Positions 39,839 through 48,038 of a stretch of 64,000 bases of DNA are shown in pieces. Each line of letters opens with the position of its first letter. Within the stretch, counting starts at the first letter, position 1. Made by a program: the position numbers and the translations under genes. Source of the DNA: Bacillota bacterium (GTDB lineage Bacteria; Bacillota; JAAYKD01); assembly GCA_963666425.2 (NCBI GenBank), contig OY762825.2, positions 1,344,001-1,408,000 on the forward strand. The letters are read 5' to 3'. A model generated the notes under the pieces. It did not search any database and had not been told where the DNA came from. It was given only the letters and a program-made list of their open reading frames with translations.

Positions 39839-40112
39839 ATCATCGGCATGGCTGGGGCCAGCACCGACTGCGAAATGATGGAGCAAATCGGAATTGACGT
39901 GCTTCCCGCATATTGAAATTCTGGGGTAGCTGCAGTCTTAACCAATCATCTTACCATTGAGGTGCAAAAACACAGCAAGATACCCTATTATGGGACGGCA
40001 TCGAGCAATAGAACCTCACAGCGCGTAGCGCATCGAACAGAATTTCAACCGGCATGGGTTTCTTGTGTATCGAGGTAGGTTTGATGGGATTTTGACAGCA
40101 GCAACGGGCTGA
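39839..40112 (+). pseudogene. 5'-truncated GNAT acetyltransferase pseudogene
   Basis: Manual translation IIGMAGASTDCEMMEQIGIDVLPAY*NSGVAAVLTNHLTIEVQKHSKIPYYGTASSNRTSQRVAHRTEFQPAW; TGA at 39914; probable frameshift near 40065. Confidence 0.8.
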
Positions 40113-40122
40113 GGAGGATCAG

Positions 40123-40875
40123 ATGAAAAAGAACATAAAAATGGTTGTCACAGACCTTGATAATACTCTGCTGCGCCGCGACAAAACAATTAGTGACTAC
40201 ACCGTTTCCGTATTCCAACGTGTGCGGGAGTGCGGAGTGCTGACTGTGTTTGCGACGGCGCGTAATGTAGTAAGTTCGCAGGATTACCGTAACGTACTAA
40301 ATCCTGACGGCGATATACTTATCGGCGGTTGTTTAGTCTTTGTGGGCGGTCAATTACTTCGAAGCTATTATTTACCTGAACCGCACGGCGCAAACTTACT
40401 CGCCGAGCTTGCTACATATTCGTCAATAAAACGCATATCCGCGCGTTCGCTCAACGCGAGTTATTCCAATATACCGTTAGAAGGTCGAATCTGTGTAAAT
40501 TTTCAATCTCCATTGCCCGAAAACCTCTTGCATTGCTCCTGTCGCACCGACGATGATAGCTTAATGCGAGAAGTTATGGCGCGTCACCCTGAATTGAGAT
40601 TTATGCGAGTTAGCGACGAGGACTTATACGATGTAAATCCCAGAGACGCTACAAAATTGAATGGTATTTACGTTCTCTGTGAATATTTTGGTATTCATCT
40701 ATCGGAAGTTGCTGCGTTTGGCGACGACTTTAATGATATCGAAATGCTCCGTGAGTGCGGTGTGGGCGTGGCGATGTCGAACGCCATAGATGAGTGCAAA
40801 GCTGTTGCCGACTATGTTTGCGGTGACTGCGATAAAGATGGCGTGGCGCGGTGGTTGAAGGAAAATGTTTTATGA
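40123..40875 (+). CDS. Cof-type HAD-IIB hydrolase
   Basis: DLDNTLL, ATAR, TKL, FGDDFNDIEML, DGVA; GAGGAGG RBS. Confidence 0.92.
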   Translation: MKKNIKMVVTDLDNTLLRRDKTISDYTVSVFQRVRECGVLTVFATARNVVSSQDYRNVLNPDGDILIGGCLVFVGGQLLRSYYLPEPHGANLLAELATYSSIKRISARSLNASYSNIPLEGRICVNFQSPLPENLLHCSCRTDDDSLMREVMARHPELRFMRVSDEDLYDVNPRDATKLNGIYVLCEYFGIHLSEVAAFGDDFNDIEMLRECGVGVAMSNAIDECKAVADYVCGDCDKDGVARWLKENVL

Positions 40876-41042
40876 TACTATCAGGGAAAGAAATTCAGAA
40901 GCAGACGAAAATCGGGAATATCGAGATTGACCCCTATGACGAGAAGCTCATCAATCCAAACAGCTATCATCTTCGGCATTCCAAGCCGGCAGATTATCAC
41001 AAACGTCGGGCGATTTTAACGTCGATAAAAACACACTTGTAG
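40872..41042 (+). pseudogene. dcd: dCTP deaminase N-terminal fragment
   Basis: MILSGKEI...GNIEIDPYDEKLINPNSYHLR resembles the Dcd N-terminus, similarity ends after ~35 aa; ATGA overlap with HAD gene. Confidence 0.75.
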
Positions 41043-41085
41043 ATACATATCTTTTATGTATGGAAAAAAACAATGACGAATGCAA

Positions 41086-41128
41086 CAGCAGAACGCCAGC
41101 CACAAAATCGTGACTGACGTTCTGCTTT
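41086..41128. terminator. Hairpin, probable terminator
   Basis: AGCAGAACGCCAGCCAC-AAAATC-GTGACTGACGTTCTGCT. Confidence 0.6.
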
Positions 41129-41250
41129 CCTTGTCGTCCCGGACCGGTTACCCCCTCGGTTCAGTAATTGTACCTATGGGCGATAACCCTTGTGCATCGG
41201 GGCTTTTTGTTGTGTTGACAGGCGATGCTGTTGGCACGCTGCCGCATCTG

Positions 41251-43671
41251 TTATTGCTGCGGATTCTCTTCAGCGGTCTTGACCTGCAAATGATCCACCA
41301 CAATCAGCTGCACCTCTTTGGCGTTGCAGCAGGCCTGCAGATCCTTCAGGGTCTTTTCATACCAGGCGTAGAACTCGAGGGTGGTTTCGATCCGAACCAG
41401 TTCCACTTCGGTCTTCAAGGACAGATGATTCTCCGATTTGCCTTTGCGCACCAGAGCAACCTCATCCTTGACCATTTCACCGAACGTGATTGCTTTCTGA
41501 TCAATCTGCTCCGGTTTCAGCCAGAGTGTATTGTGCAGAGAAAGCGTTTTTTCATACTGCCGAAAGAATTCCTGGTAGATATACTCTGTGATATGCGGCA
41601 CATAAGGCGCATACAGCTTCAGCAAATTGAGCAGCGCATAATAGAGCGCATATTGAGCCGATCGGCGTTCCTCACCGCCGTGGACTTCCGGCTGATAGAG
41701 CCGTTCTTTGACGATCTCCAGATAATAATCACAAAAATCTTTCCAGAAGAGATCATCGATCTCATGTCGGGCCGTACCGATTTCATATTGATCCAACAAG
41801 GCGGTGACAGTCTGAATGGTCTGATTGGTCCGTTCCACCATCCAGCGATCGATCGGCAGCAATTCCGGTCTGTAATTCAGATCGAAATCGTCGAGGTGAG
41901 AAACAGCGAATTTCGCCGCATTCCACAATTTGGTGATAAAGCGGCGGGCAATGGTCAATTCATCCGTCGAGAAGAAGGTATCCATCCCGAGACGGGAATT
42001 GGCGGTCCAGTAGCGCAGAATATCGGCCGAATAGGTTTCGATCAACACCGGCGGCGACATGGTCGCATTGCCCTTGGATTTACTGATTTTCTCACCCTTC
42101 TTGGCCAAAACAAAACCGCTGATCATGATATCTTTCCAGGGCAGCTGATCGAGATGATACAGGCTTTTGACAATAGTATAGAAGGCCCAGGTGCGGATGA
42201 TCTCATGCGCCTGTGTGCGCATCGACATCGGCAGCAGTTCGTCTGCGATGCTGTCTGGCTCACCAAAGTGGGCATTGATCATCGGCGTGGTGGAAGAAGT
42301 GTGCCAGGTATCGAAGACCGCGGTTTCCGGCACAAATTCTCTGCAGCCACAGGCACATTGACCCACGAAAGCTGTCTCGAGCGGATTAACCGGCAGCATC
42401 TCCTCACTGGCAAAGACCGGCTGACCGCACTCTTTGCAGTACCAAACCGGGAACGGCACGCCAAAATAGCGCTGCCGGGAAATGCACCAATCCCACTTCA
42501 GGTTCTCTACCCAGGAAGTGTAGCGGAATTTCATCGATTCGGGATACCAGTTAATCTGGTCGGCAGCTTTTAGGAAGCGCTCTTTCTGGCTGAGAACCTC
42601 AATATACCACTGTTTGGAAGGGATAATCTCAATCGGTTTACCGCAGCGCTCATGGGTGGCAACCGTATGCAGAATCTCTTCCGATTTGAGCAGCAGCCCT
42701 TTTTCCACGAGCAGGCGGATGATCTCTTTGCGCGCCGGGTTGACTTTCAAACCGGCGATATAGGCTACGTCCGGTGCAATCCGGCCGTCCGCCAGAATCA
42801 CTTTCCGGTAGGGCAGCTGATACTGCAGATACCATTCGCTGTCGGTCGTATCGCCAAAGGTGGCGCACATGACCACACCGGTTCCTTTGTCTTTCGCGAC
42901 CTTTTCGTCCGTATAGATCGGGATCGCATAATCATACAGCGGTACGATGGCCTGCTTGCCAACATATTTCTGATAGCGTTCATCCTCAGGGTTGACAAAG
43001 AGACAAACACAGGCAGCCAGCAGTTCCGGCCGGGTGGTGGCAACCACCAGCGCTTCGCCGTCCACCATAAAATTCAGATAATTAAAAGTGGAAGGGAGTT
43101 CCTGGCTGTCCAGCTCCGACTGCGCGATGGCAGTCTGGCATTCCGTACACCAGAGCACCGGTGATTCCTTGATGTAGGCTTTCTCTTTTTTCACCAGATC
43201 CAAAAAGGAACGCTGAGAAATGCGCTGCACCAGGGGACTGATCGTGGTATACTGCAGGCTCCAGTCTACAGAAAAACCCATACTTTGCCAAAGCTGTTTG
43301 AATTCCGCTTCGTATTTCTGCGCAGTAATTGTGCATTTTTTGATAAATTCGCTGCGGGAAACATTCTTGGCATAAATGTTCTCCTCTTTTTCCACCAGCC
43401 GTTCGGTGGGCAGACCATTGTCGTCAAAACCGAAGGGATAAAAGACCCGTTTGCCCTGCATTCTCTGAAAGCGGGCAATCATCTCTGCCTGGGTATAAGA
43501 AAAGATATGTCCGATGTGCAGACTGCCGCTGACGGTAGGCGGCGGCGTATCGATAGAATAGAGCGGCGCCTGCCGATCCGTCTTTGCATAGGCGTAGACT
43601 GCTTCTTCCTGCCAGAATTTCTGCATCTGCGGTTCGATCACTTTAAAATCATATTTCTGATCCATCATCAC
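41251..43671 (-). CDS. valS: Valine--tRNA ligase (short, archaeal-like type)
   Basis: DTPPPTVSGSLHIGH, ATTRPE, WDWCISRQR, KISKS; Val T-box upstream. Confidence 0.95.
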   Translation of the reverse strand: MMMDQKYDFKVIEPQMQKFWQEEAVYAYAKTDRQAPLYSIDTPPPTVSGSLHIGHIFSYTQAEMIARFQRMQGKRVFYPFGFDDNGLPTERLVEKEENIYAKNVSRSEFIKKCTITAQKYEAEFKQLWQSMGFSVDWSLQYTTISPLVQRISQRSFLDLVKKEKAYIKESPVLWCTECQTAIAQSELDSQELPSTFNYLNFMVDGEALVVATTRPELLAACVCLFVNPEDERYQKYVGKQAIVPLYDYAIPIYTDEKVAKDKGTGVVMCATFGDTTDSEWYLQYQLPYRKVILADGRIAPDVAYIAGLKVNPARKEIIRLLVEKGLLLKSEEILHTVATHERCGKPIEIIPSKQWYIEVLSQKERFLKAADQINWYPESMKFRYTSWVENLKWDWCISRQRYFGVPFPVWYCKECGQPVFASEEMLPVNPLETAFVGQCACGCREFVPETAVFDTWHTSSTTPMINAHFGEPDSIADELLPMSMRTQAHEIIRTWAFYTIVKSLYHLDQLPWKDIMISGFVLAKKGEKISKSKGNATMSPPVLIETYSADILRYWTANSRLGMDTFFSTDELTIARRFITKLWNAAKFAVSHLDDFDLNYRPELLPIDRWMVERTNQTIQTVTALLDQYEIGTARHEIDDLFWKDFCDYYLEIVKERLYQPEVHGGEERRSAQYALYYALLNLLKLYAPYVPHITEYIYQEFFRQYEKTLSLHNTLWLKPEQIDQKAITFGEMVKDEVALVRKGKSENHLSLKTEVELVRIETTLEFYAWYEKTLKDLQACCNAKEVQLIVVDHLQVKTAEENPQQ

Positions 43672-43729
43672 AAAAAACCTCCTCGCTCACTTGGGCTGAG
43701 TACGGGAAGTTCATCCCGCCCGCCGAAAA

Positions 43730-44028
43730 TAAAAACGTCCTAAAACATACAATCACCTTGTATATTTTAGGACGAATAGAACGCCGATCCGCGGTACCAC
43801 CTAATTTCGAAGCCGCCAGCTTCGCACTTGAAAGGCTCACTGCCAATAACAGCGAACACCTCTTTCCTTTTAACGGCGGAAATACCCGGCCAATCTTACG
43901 AGCGGGTTACCCCGTTTTTTAGATCAGCAGCTCAAAAGCTACTTCAGCACCCGCCTCAGGAAGATTTACAGCAGCCATCTTCTCTCTGCGCTTTGGCGAT
44001 GCACTTACTCCTCTTTCTCATTGCTCTT
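43730..44028 (-). promoter_or_regulatory. T-box riboswitch, Val specifier
   Basis: Minus strand GAA-GTA-G specifier (43940-43942), T-box AATTAGGTGGTACCGCG (43790-43806), terminator CGTCCTAAAA...TTTTAGGACG+T run; promoter TTGACA-N17-TATACT at 44053-44081. Confidence 0.95.
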
Positions 44029-44228
44029 CTCTGCATTAATAAAATTAGGCTCAGTATACCAAGCGGACAGAAAAATGTCAAGTCTCTCCGCCTTGTTTCC
44101 AGACAATATTGCTCTGAAAAGAGAGATTCCCTTGACGTTTCTTGATACAGACCGTATAATATAACAAAGTTCCGTCTAAAATAGAAAGGTCATAACAAAT
44201 TTCTCCTCTTTGAAAGGCAGGCAGCGCT

Positions 44229-45020
44229 ATGATGCAAAATAAAAATCAGCAGTTCACTCCGGCTGAGGTTCGTCAGAAAATCCGCCAGGAAATCATTACC
44301 TCACCCACTTCCGGCATGTGCGGCGGCTACGCGCAGGCGAATTTGGTCATTTTGCCGCAGCAGTATGCCAGAGATTTTCAAACTTTTACCGAACAAAATC
44401 CCAAGCCTTGTCCTGTGCTGGAAATCACGGCCCCCGGCAGTCCCCTGGTGACGAAAATAGCCAAAGCCGATTTGAGAACGGACTTACCCCGTTATTTTGT
44501 TTACCGTTATGGTGTCAAAACGGCTGAATTATTAAATATCCGCGAGCTCTGGCAGGACGACTTCGTTGGCTTTTTGATTGGCTGCAGCTTCTCTTTTGAA
44601 GAAGCTTTGCTGCAAGCCGGGATTGAAATCCGTCATATCAGCATGGGCTGCAATGTTCCCATGTATAAAACAAACATCACCTGCCAGCCAGTCGGCTGCT
44701 TTGCCGGACCAACCGTGGTCAGCATGCGGCCAATGACGCCGGAAAATGCCAAAAGAGCGGTCGAAATCACCGGACACTTCCCCCGCGTTCATGGTGCTCC
44801 GCTGCACTTAGGCGATCCCGCCGCCATCGGTATCACAGATTTAAGTAAACCGGACTATGGCGACGCGGTAGAAATCCGTGCGGGTGAAATTCCTGTCTTC
44901 TGGGCTTGCGGCGTCACACCGCAGGCGGTGATTGAGCAGGCCAAACTGCCTTTGGTGATCACCCACGCTCCCGGACATATGTTTATCACCGACTTAAAAA
45001 ACGCTGATTTAGCAAAATGA
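44229..45020 (+). CDS. DUF1445 (YcsI/UPF0317) putative hydro-lyase, D-glutamate cyclase family
   Basis: QANLVILP, NPKPCP, DLRTDLP, GCSFSFE, FWACGVTPQ, THAPGHM. Confidence 0.92.
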   Translation: MMQNKNQQFTPAEVRQKIRQEIITSPTSGMCGGYAQANLVILPQQYARDFQTFTEQNPKPCPVLEITAPGSPLVTKIAKADLRTDLPRYFVYRYGVKTAELLNIRELWQDDFVGFLIGCSFSFEEALLQAGIEIRHISMGCNVPMYKTNITCQPVGCFAGPTVVSMRPMTPENAKRAVEITGHFPRVHGAPLHLGDPAAIGITDLSKPDYGDAVEIRAGEIPVFWACGVTPQAVIEQAKLPLVITHAPGHMFITDLKNADLAK

Positions 45021-45046
45021 AACGAAAGAATAAGAGGTAGAGTACT

Positions 45047-45940
45047 ATGCAGCACGCGGTGGAAAAAATCGCGGAGATCTGTTCCCGTTATACAACCGAA
45101 CGGGGTATGCAGGGAACTTCCGACTGCCAGGAATTTTACAATGCCGCAGAACAGCTGCTGACTGCCGAAAAAGTGATGATCGTCACCGGCTTTTGCATTC
45201 CCGCCTGCGGTATCGGTGAGACCGACGGTCCTTTGGGCAGCGTTTGCCTGGCTGTCGCTTTGGAACGTCTGGGTAAGCAAGTCTGTCTGGTCACGGATCC
45301 CTACAGCGAAGTCATTCTGCGGAATTTAATCAGGCTGCTGCAGTTGAAAGCGGATTTGTATATCCACCGCAGCTCGGATGATATCAAAGAATTACTGACC
45401 TGTCTGGAAGCATTTCAGCCGTCTCATCTGGTTGGCCTGGAACGCTCCGGCCGCGCCTTTGATGGCCGCGCCTATTCGATGCATGCCGTTGATATCACCG
45501 ACTTCTGTCCCGATACCGATCCTCTCTTCGTGCGCGCCAGAGAAATGCAGATCCCAATCAGCTGCATCGGCGACGGCGGCAATGAAGTCGGCATGGGCAA
45601 AGTGTCTGTCCTGATTCAGAGCCAGGTTCCGCAAGGCGACATCATCTGTGCTGCTTTCGCAGCCGATCATTTGCTTTCCTGCGGCGTCTCCAATTGGGGT
45701 GGCTATGGTCTGGTTGGCATCCTAAGCTTGCTCTGCGGGCAGGATTTGCTCTACGCGGATGAGACCGACTCAGCTGTGACAGACAGCATGCTGCAGAGCG
45801 GCGCCGTGGATGGGGTGCTCAAACAAATAGGCGATACAACCGACGGCTTCTCCCGCCTGGAAAATCTGGCAATTTTGCAGGAAATCCGTACTGTGGTTCA
45901 CAATTACCTGGAACCGTGCAAAGAGAAAATAGAACAATAG
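45047..45940 (+). CDS. DUF4392 glutamate-cyclase-domain protein
   Basis: VTGF, ETDGPLG, IGDGGNEVGMG, GVSNWGG, GAVDG. Confidence 0.88.
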   Translation: MQHAVEKIAEICSRYTTERGMQGTSDCQEFYNAAEQLLTAEKVMIVTGFCIPACGIGETDGPLGSVCLAVALERLGKQVCLVTDPYSEVILRNLIRLLQLKADLYIHRSSDDIKELLTCLEAFQPSHLVGLERSGRAFDGRAYSMHAVDITDFCPDTDPLFVRAREMQIPISCIGDGGNEVGMGKVSVLIQSQVPQGDIICAAFAADHLLSCGVSNWGGYGLVGILSLLCGQDLLYADETDSAVTDSMLQSGAVDGVLKQIGDTTDGFSRLENLAILQEIRTVVHNYLEPCKEKIEQ

Positions 45941-46121
45941 GTGAGTTTTTCGCGCTTTCTGAATCTCTCTCTGCCATTTCTATCTATTTGCTGTAAAACG
46001 CTTGACAAAGTCACAGCCTTTTTCTATAATGTTAGAATCCTAACAATCTAGAGAGGGGGTGTGATTTTTTGAATCAATCAAAAGCGAAGTGCGGCAGAAG
46101 AACAAACAAGGAGAAAAGCAG

Positions 46122-47930
46122 ATGAACCATCCGATCCGGAAGATTCTTGTGTTTACTGCGTTCCTACTCTGTGCGATCATGATTTTATCGAACTGCGGAC
46201 TCCTACCGATGGCCGCTGTTCCGAACCATGCCAAAATCGCTTATATTCCACTGGATAACAGACCCTGCAACAAGGAAAGAATAATCATGGCGGCCAAAGC
46301 CACCGGCTTTGAACTTCTTCTTCCTGAGGAAGATCTTTATGCAACCGTGCTGGACGGGCAGCCCAAGAATGCAAATGGCACACAATACGGCGACCGAACA
46401 GCGCTGCTGGACTGGATCTGGCAGCAGGAACAAGCAGGCTGTGATTTTTATGTGATTTCTTTCGACCAGATGATGTCCGGAGGACTCGTTCAGTCACGCA
46501 TCATGAATAATACCGATCTCAGCGCAGAAAATGCCATCATCGATTCCCTGACTGCATTGGCGAAAACAAATCGTGTGATCATCTTAAGTACCATTACGCG
46601 CCTGGCCTACTGTACTCCGGGGTATCATGGCGCAACCACCGATGACTATTACGCGTTGTATTATTATAATCTGATACCCCGTCCGACCTTGAGCGGCTCT
46701 GAATTGACGATTGATCATATCGTCAGCAACTACCAGAACAAAGCCGATGGCAGCAAAATCACCGCAAATGATCTTGACGCCTTCGAAGGATATCTGACCG
46801 ACGAGATGATCGATAATGTCGTTGCTGTCCGCGAGCGCAAGCTGCGGCTGCTGGATCGGATGATTCAGGCAGGTGAAAACGACAATTTATATTATTACAT
46901 CGGAATCGATGATGCCAGCAGCAACGAATCGGTGCAAACCAGCGAAATTGCTTTCATCAAATCGGTGATCAGTGAGAATGCCACTATTTTTTCCGGCACA
47001 GATGAACTTGCCATCATGTCGCTTGCCAAATTGAGTTCTGAAAAGTATGCCGCTGCAGCGACGGCAAATGTCTTTTACTACGGCGGTCTCGAAGACGAAA
47101 TCGCCGGCTATTTTGATATCAATACGCTGAAAGAAAATATCGAGGATCATCTGACCAGTGCAGGCTGTTCCGTAGCTGCAGATCGCAGCGGTGAAATTGA
47201 TATTCTGGTCTTAACCCAGCCAATCGAACCGGACCAGGAAAGTCAATCGATCAGAGATTTAATCCAAAAAGCAATCGACAATAGCCAGCGCCAGATTCCA
47301 ACCATCATTCTGGATGCTTCCACCGCAACCAACAACGGCAATCCGGCGTTTGGGCTGAGCTTAGTCCAAAAAGTCAACCTGGCAGAAATCATCGGTTACA
47401 GCAACTGGAACACCATCGGCAACCGGATCGGTTTTTCAGTCGGCTTTGGTCTGGCACGTTATTATTACCTGAAAAATGAAGCAAAGCCGACCGTCAGTGC
47501 ATCGGAAGGTTTTCTGGAATATACGACCTTCCAATATATCAAGGACCTTGCTTATTGCAGCACCGGCAGAAACTACCTGTCAGAGCTGATCAACCTAGAG
47601 AGCAATAGCAATAATTTCTATCTTGGCGCCGACGATTTGCGGATCAACACAATCAACCGTACGCTGGAAAGAGCTGTGATGTATGGTAGCGGCGGCGCTT
47701 CCGGCAACGATATCATCGCGAACCTAAACGCAGGCAGCTATATCGCTTCATTATATGATCAATATACTGAAGTCCGCGTGAAATCCTTGGGCGTAATTTC
47801 TGTCTCGGATTTCCGCTTTCCCTGGTATCGCAGCTTCGAGATGACTTTTGACGTCGATCTTGCTTATCCTAACGGCTATCTTGTTGCAAATAGGCGCATT
47901 TCTTTCGGCAGTAGGCACATGATTCGGTAA
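46122..47930 (+). CDS. DUF4127-like exported protein
   Basis: Signal/lipoprotein-like N-terminus; YIPLDNRP, GGLVQSR, GIDD, GTDE, YSNWNT.GN. Confidence 0.75.
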   Translation: MNHPIRKILVFTAFLLCAIMILSNCGLLPMAAVPNHAKIAYIPLDNRPCNKERIIMAAKATGFELLLPEEDLYATVLDGQPKNANGTQYGDRTALLDWIWQQEQAGCDFYVISFDQMMSGGLVQSRIMNNTDLSAENAIIDSLTALAKTNRVIILSTITRLAYCTPGYHGATTDDYYALYYYNLIPRPTLSGSELTIDHIVSNYQNKADGSKITANDLDAFEGYLTDEMIDNVVAVRERKLRLLDRMIQAGENDNLYYYIGIDDASSNESVQTSEIAFIKSVISENATIFSGTDELAIMSLAKLSSEKYAAAATANVFYYGGLEDEIAGYFDINTLKENIEDHLTSAGCSVAADRSGEIDILVLTQPIEPDQESQSIRDLIQKAIDNSQRQIPTIILDASTATNNGNPAFGLSLVQKVNLAEIIGYSNWNTIGNRIGFSVGFGLARYYYLKNEAKPTVSASEGFLEYTTFQYIKDLAYCSTGRNYLSELINLESNSNNFYLGADDLRINTINRTLERAVMYGSGGASGNDIIANLNAGSYIASLYDQYTEVRVKSLGVISVSDFRFPWYRSFEMTFDVDLAYPNGYLVANRRISFGSRHMIR

Positions 47931-48038
47931 TTCTTTCAGAATCAATCGCTTGAGCCGCTTTTTCGCAGACAGTATTCTCCGATTTTAAGTCCTTAGCGGT
48001 TACTTTTCTAACTAATTTATCCCAGCAGGAGGTTCCTA

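Larger units (their letters stand above)
39766..41208. repeat. 18-bp inverted repeat pair flanking a ~1.4 kb insert
   Basis: AAAAAGCCCCGAAGCACA (39766-39783) vs TGTGCATCGGGGCTTTTT (41191-41208), 17/18 complementary. Confidence 0.8.

Noticed and set aside
39914-39916. In-frame TGA as possible selenocysteine
   Set aside because: Position corresponds to the Arg of the GNAT (R/Q)xxG motif (CGA to TGA); gene is also truncated and probably frameshifted
41105-41190. TCGTGACTGACG resembling the start of a ZTP riboswitch
   Set aside because: It is the 3' arm of a simple hairpin, lacks the GGGGAG and CGCCTGGGC elements, and precedes no plus-strand gene
41080-42573. 497-aa plus-strand ORF
   Set aside because: Lies almost entirely antisense to valS, has no recognisable motifs or RBS; typical shadow ORF from codon bias
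43649-44145. Short ORFs upstream of valS (likewise 5590-6270 around the asnA leader)
   Set aside because: Overlap T-box leaders and promoters
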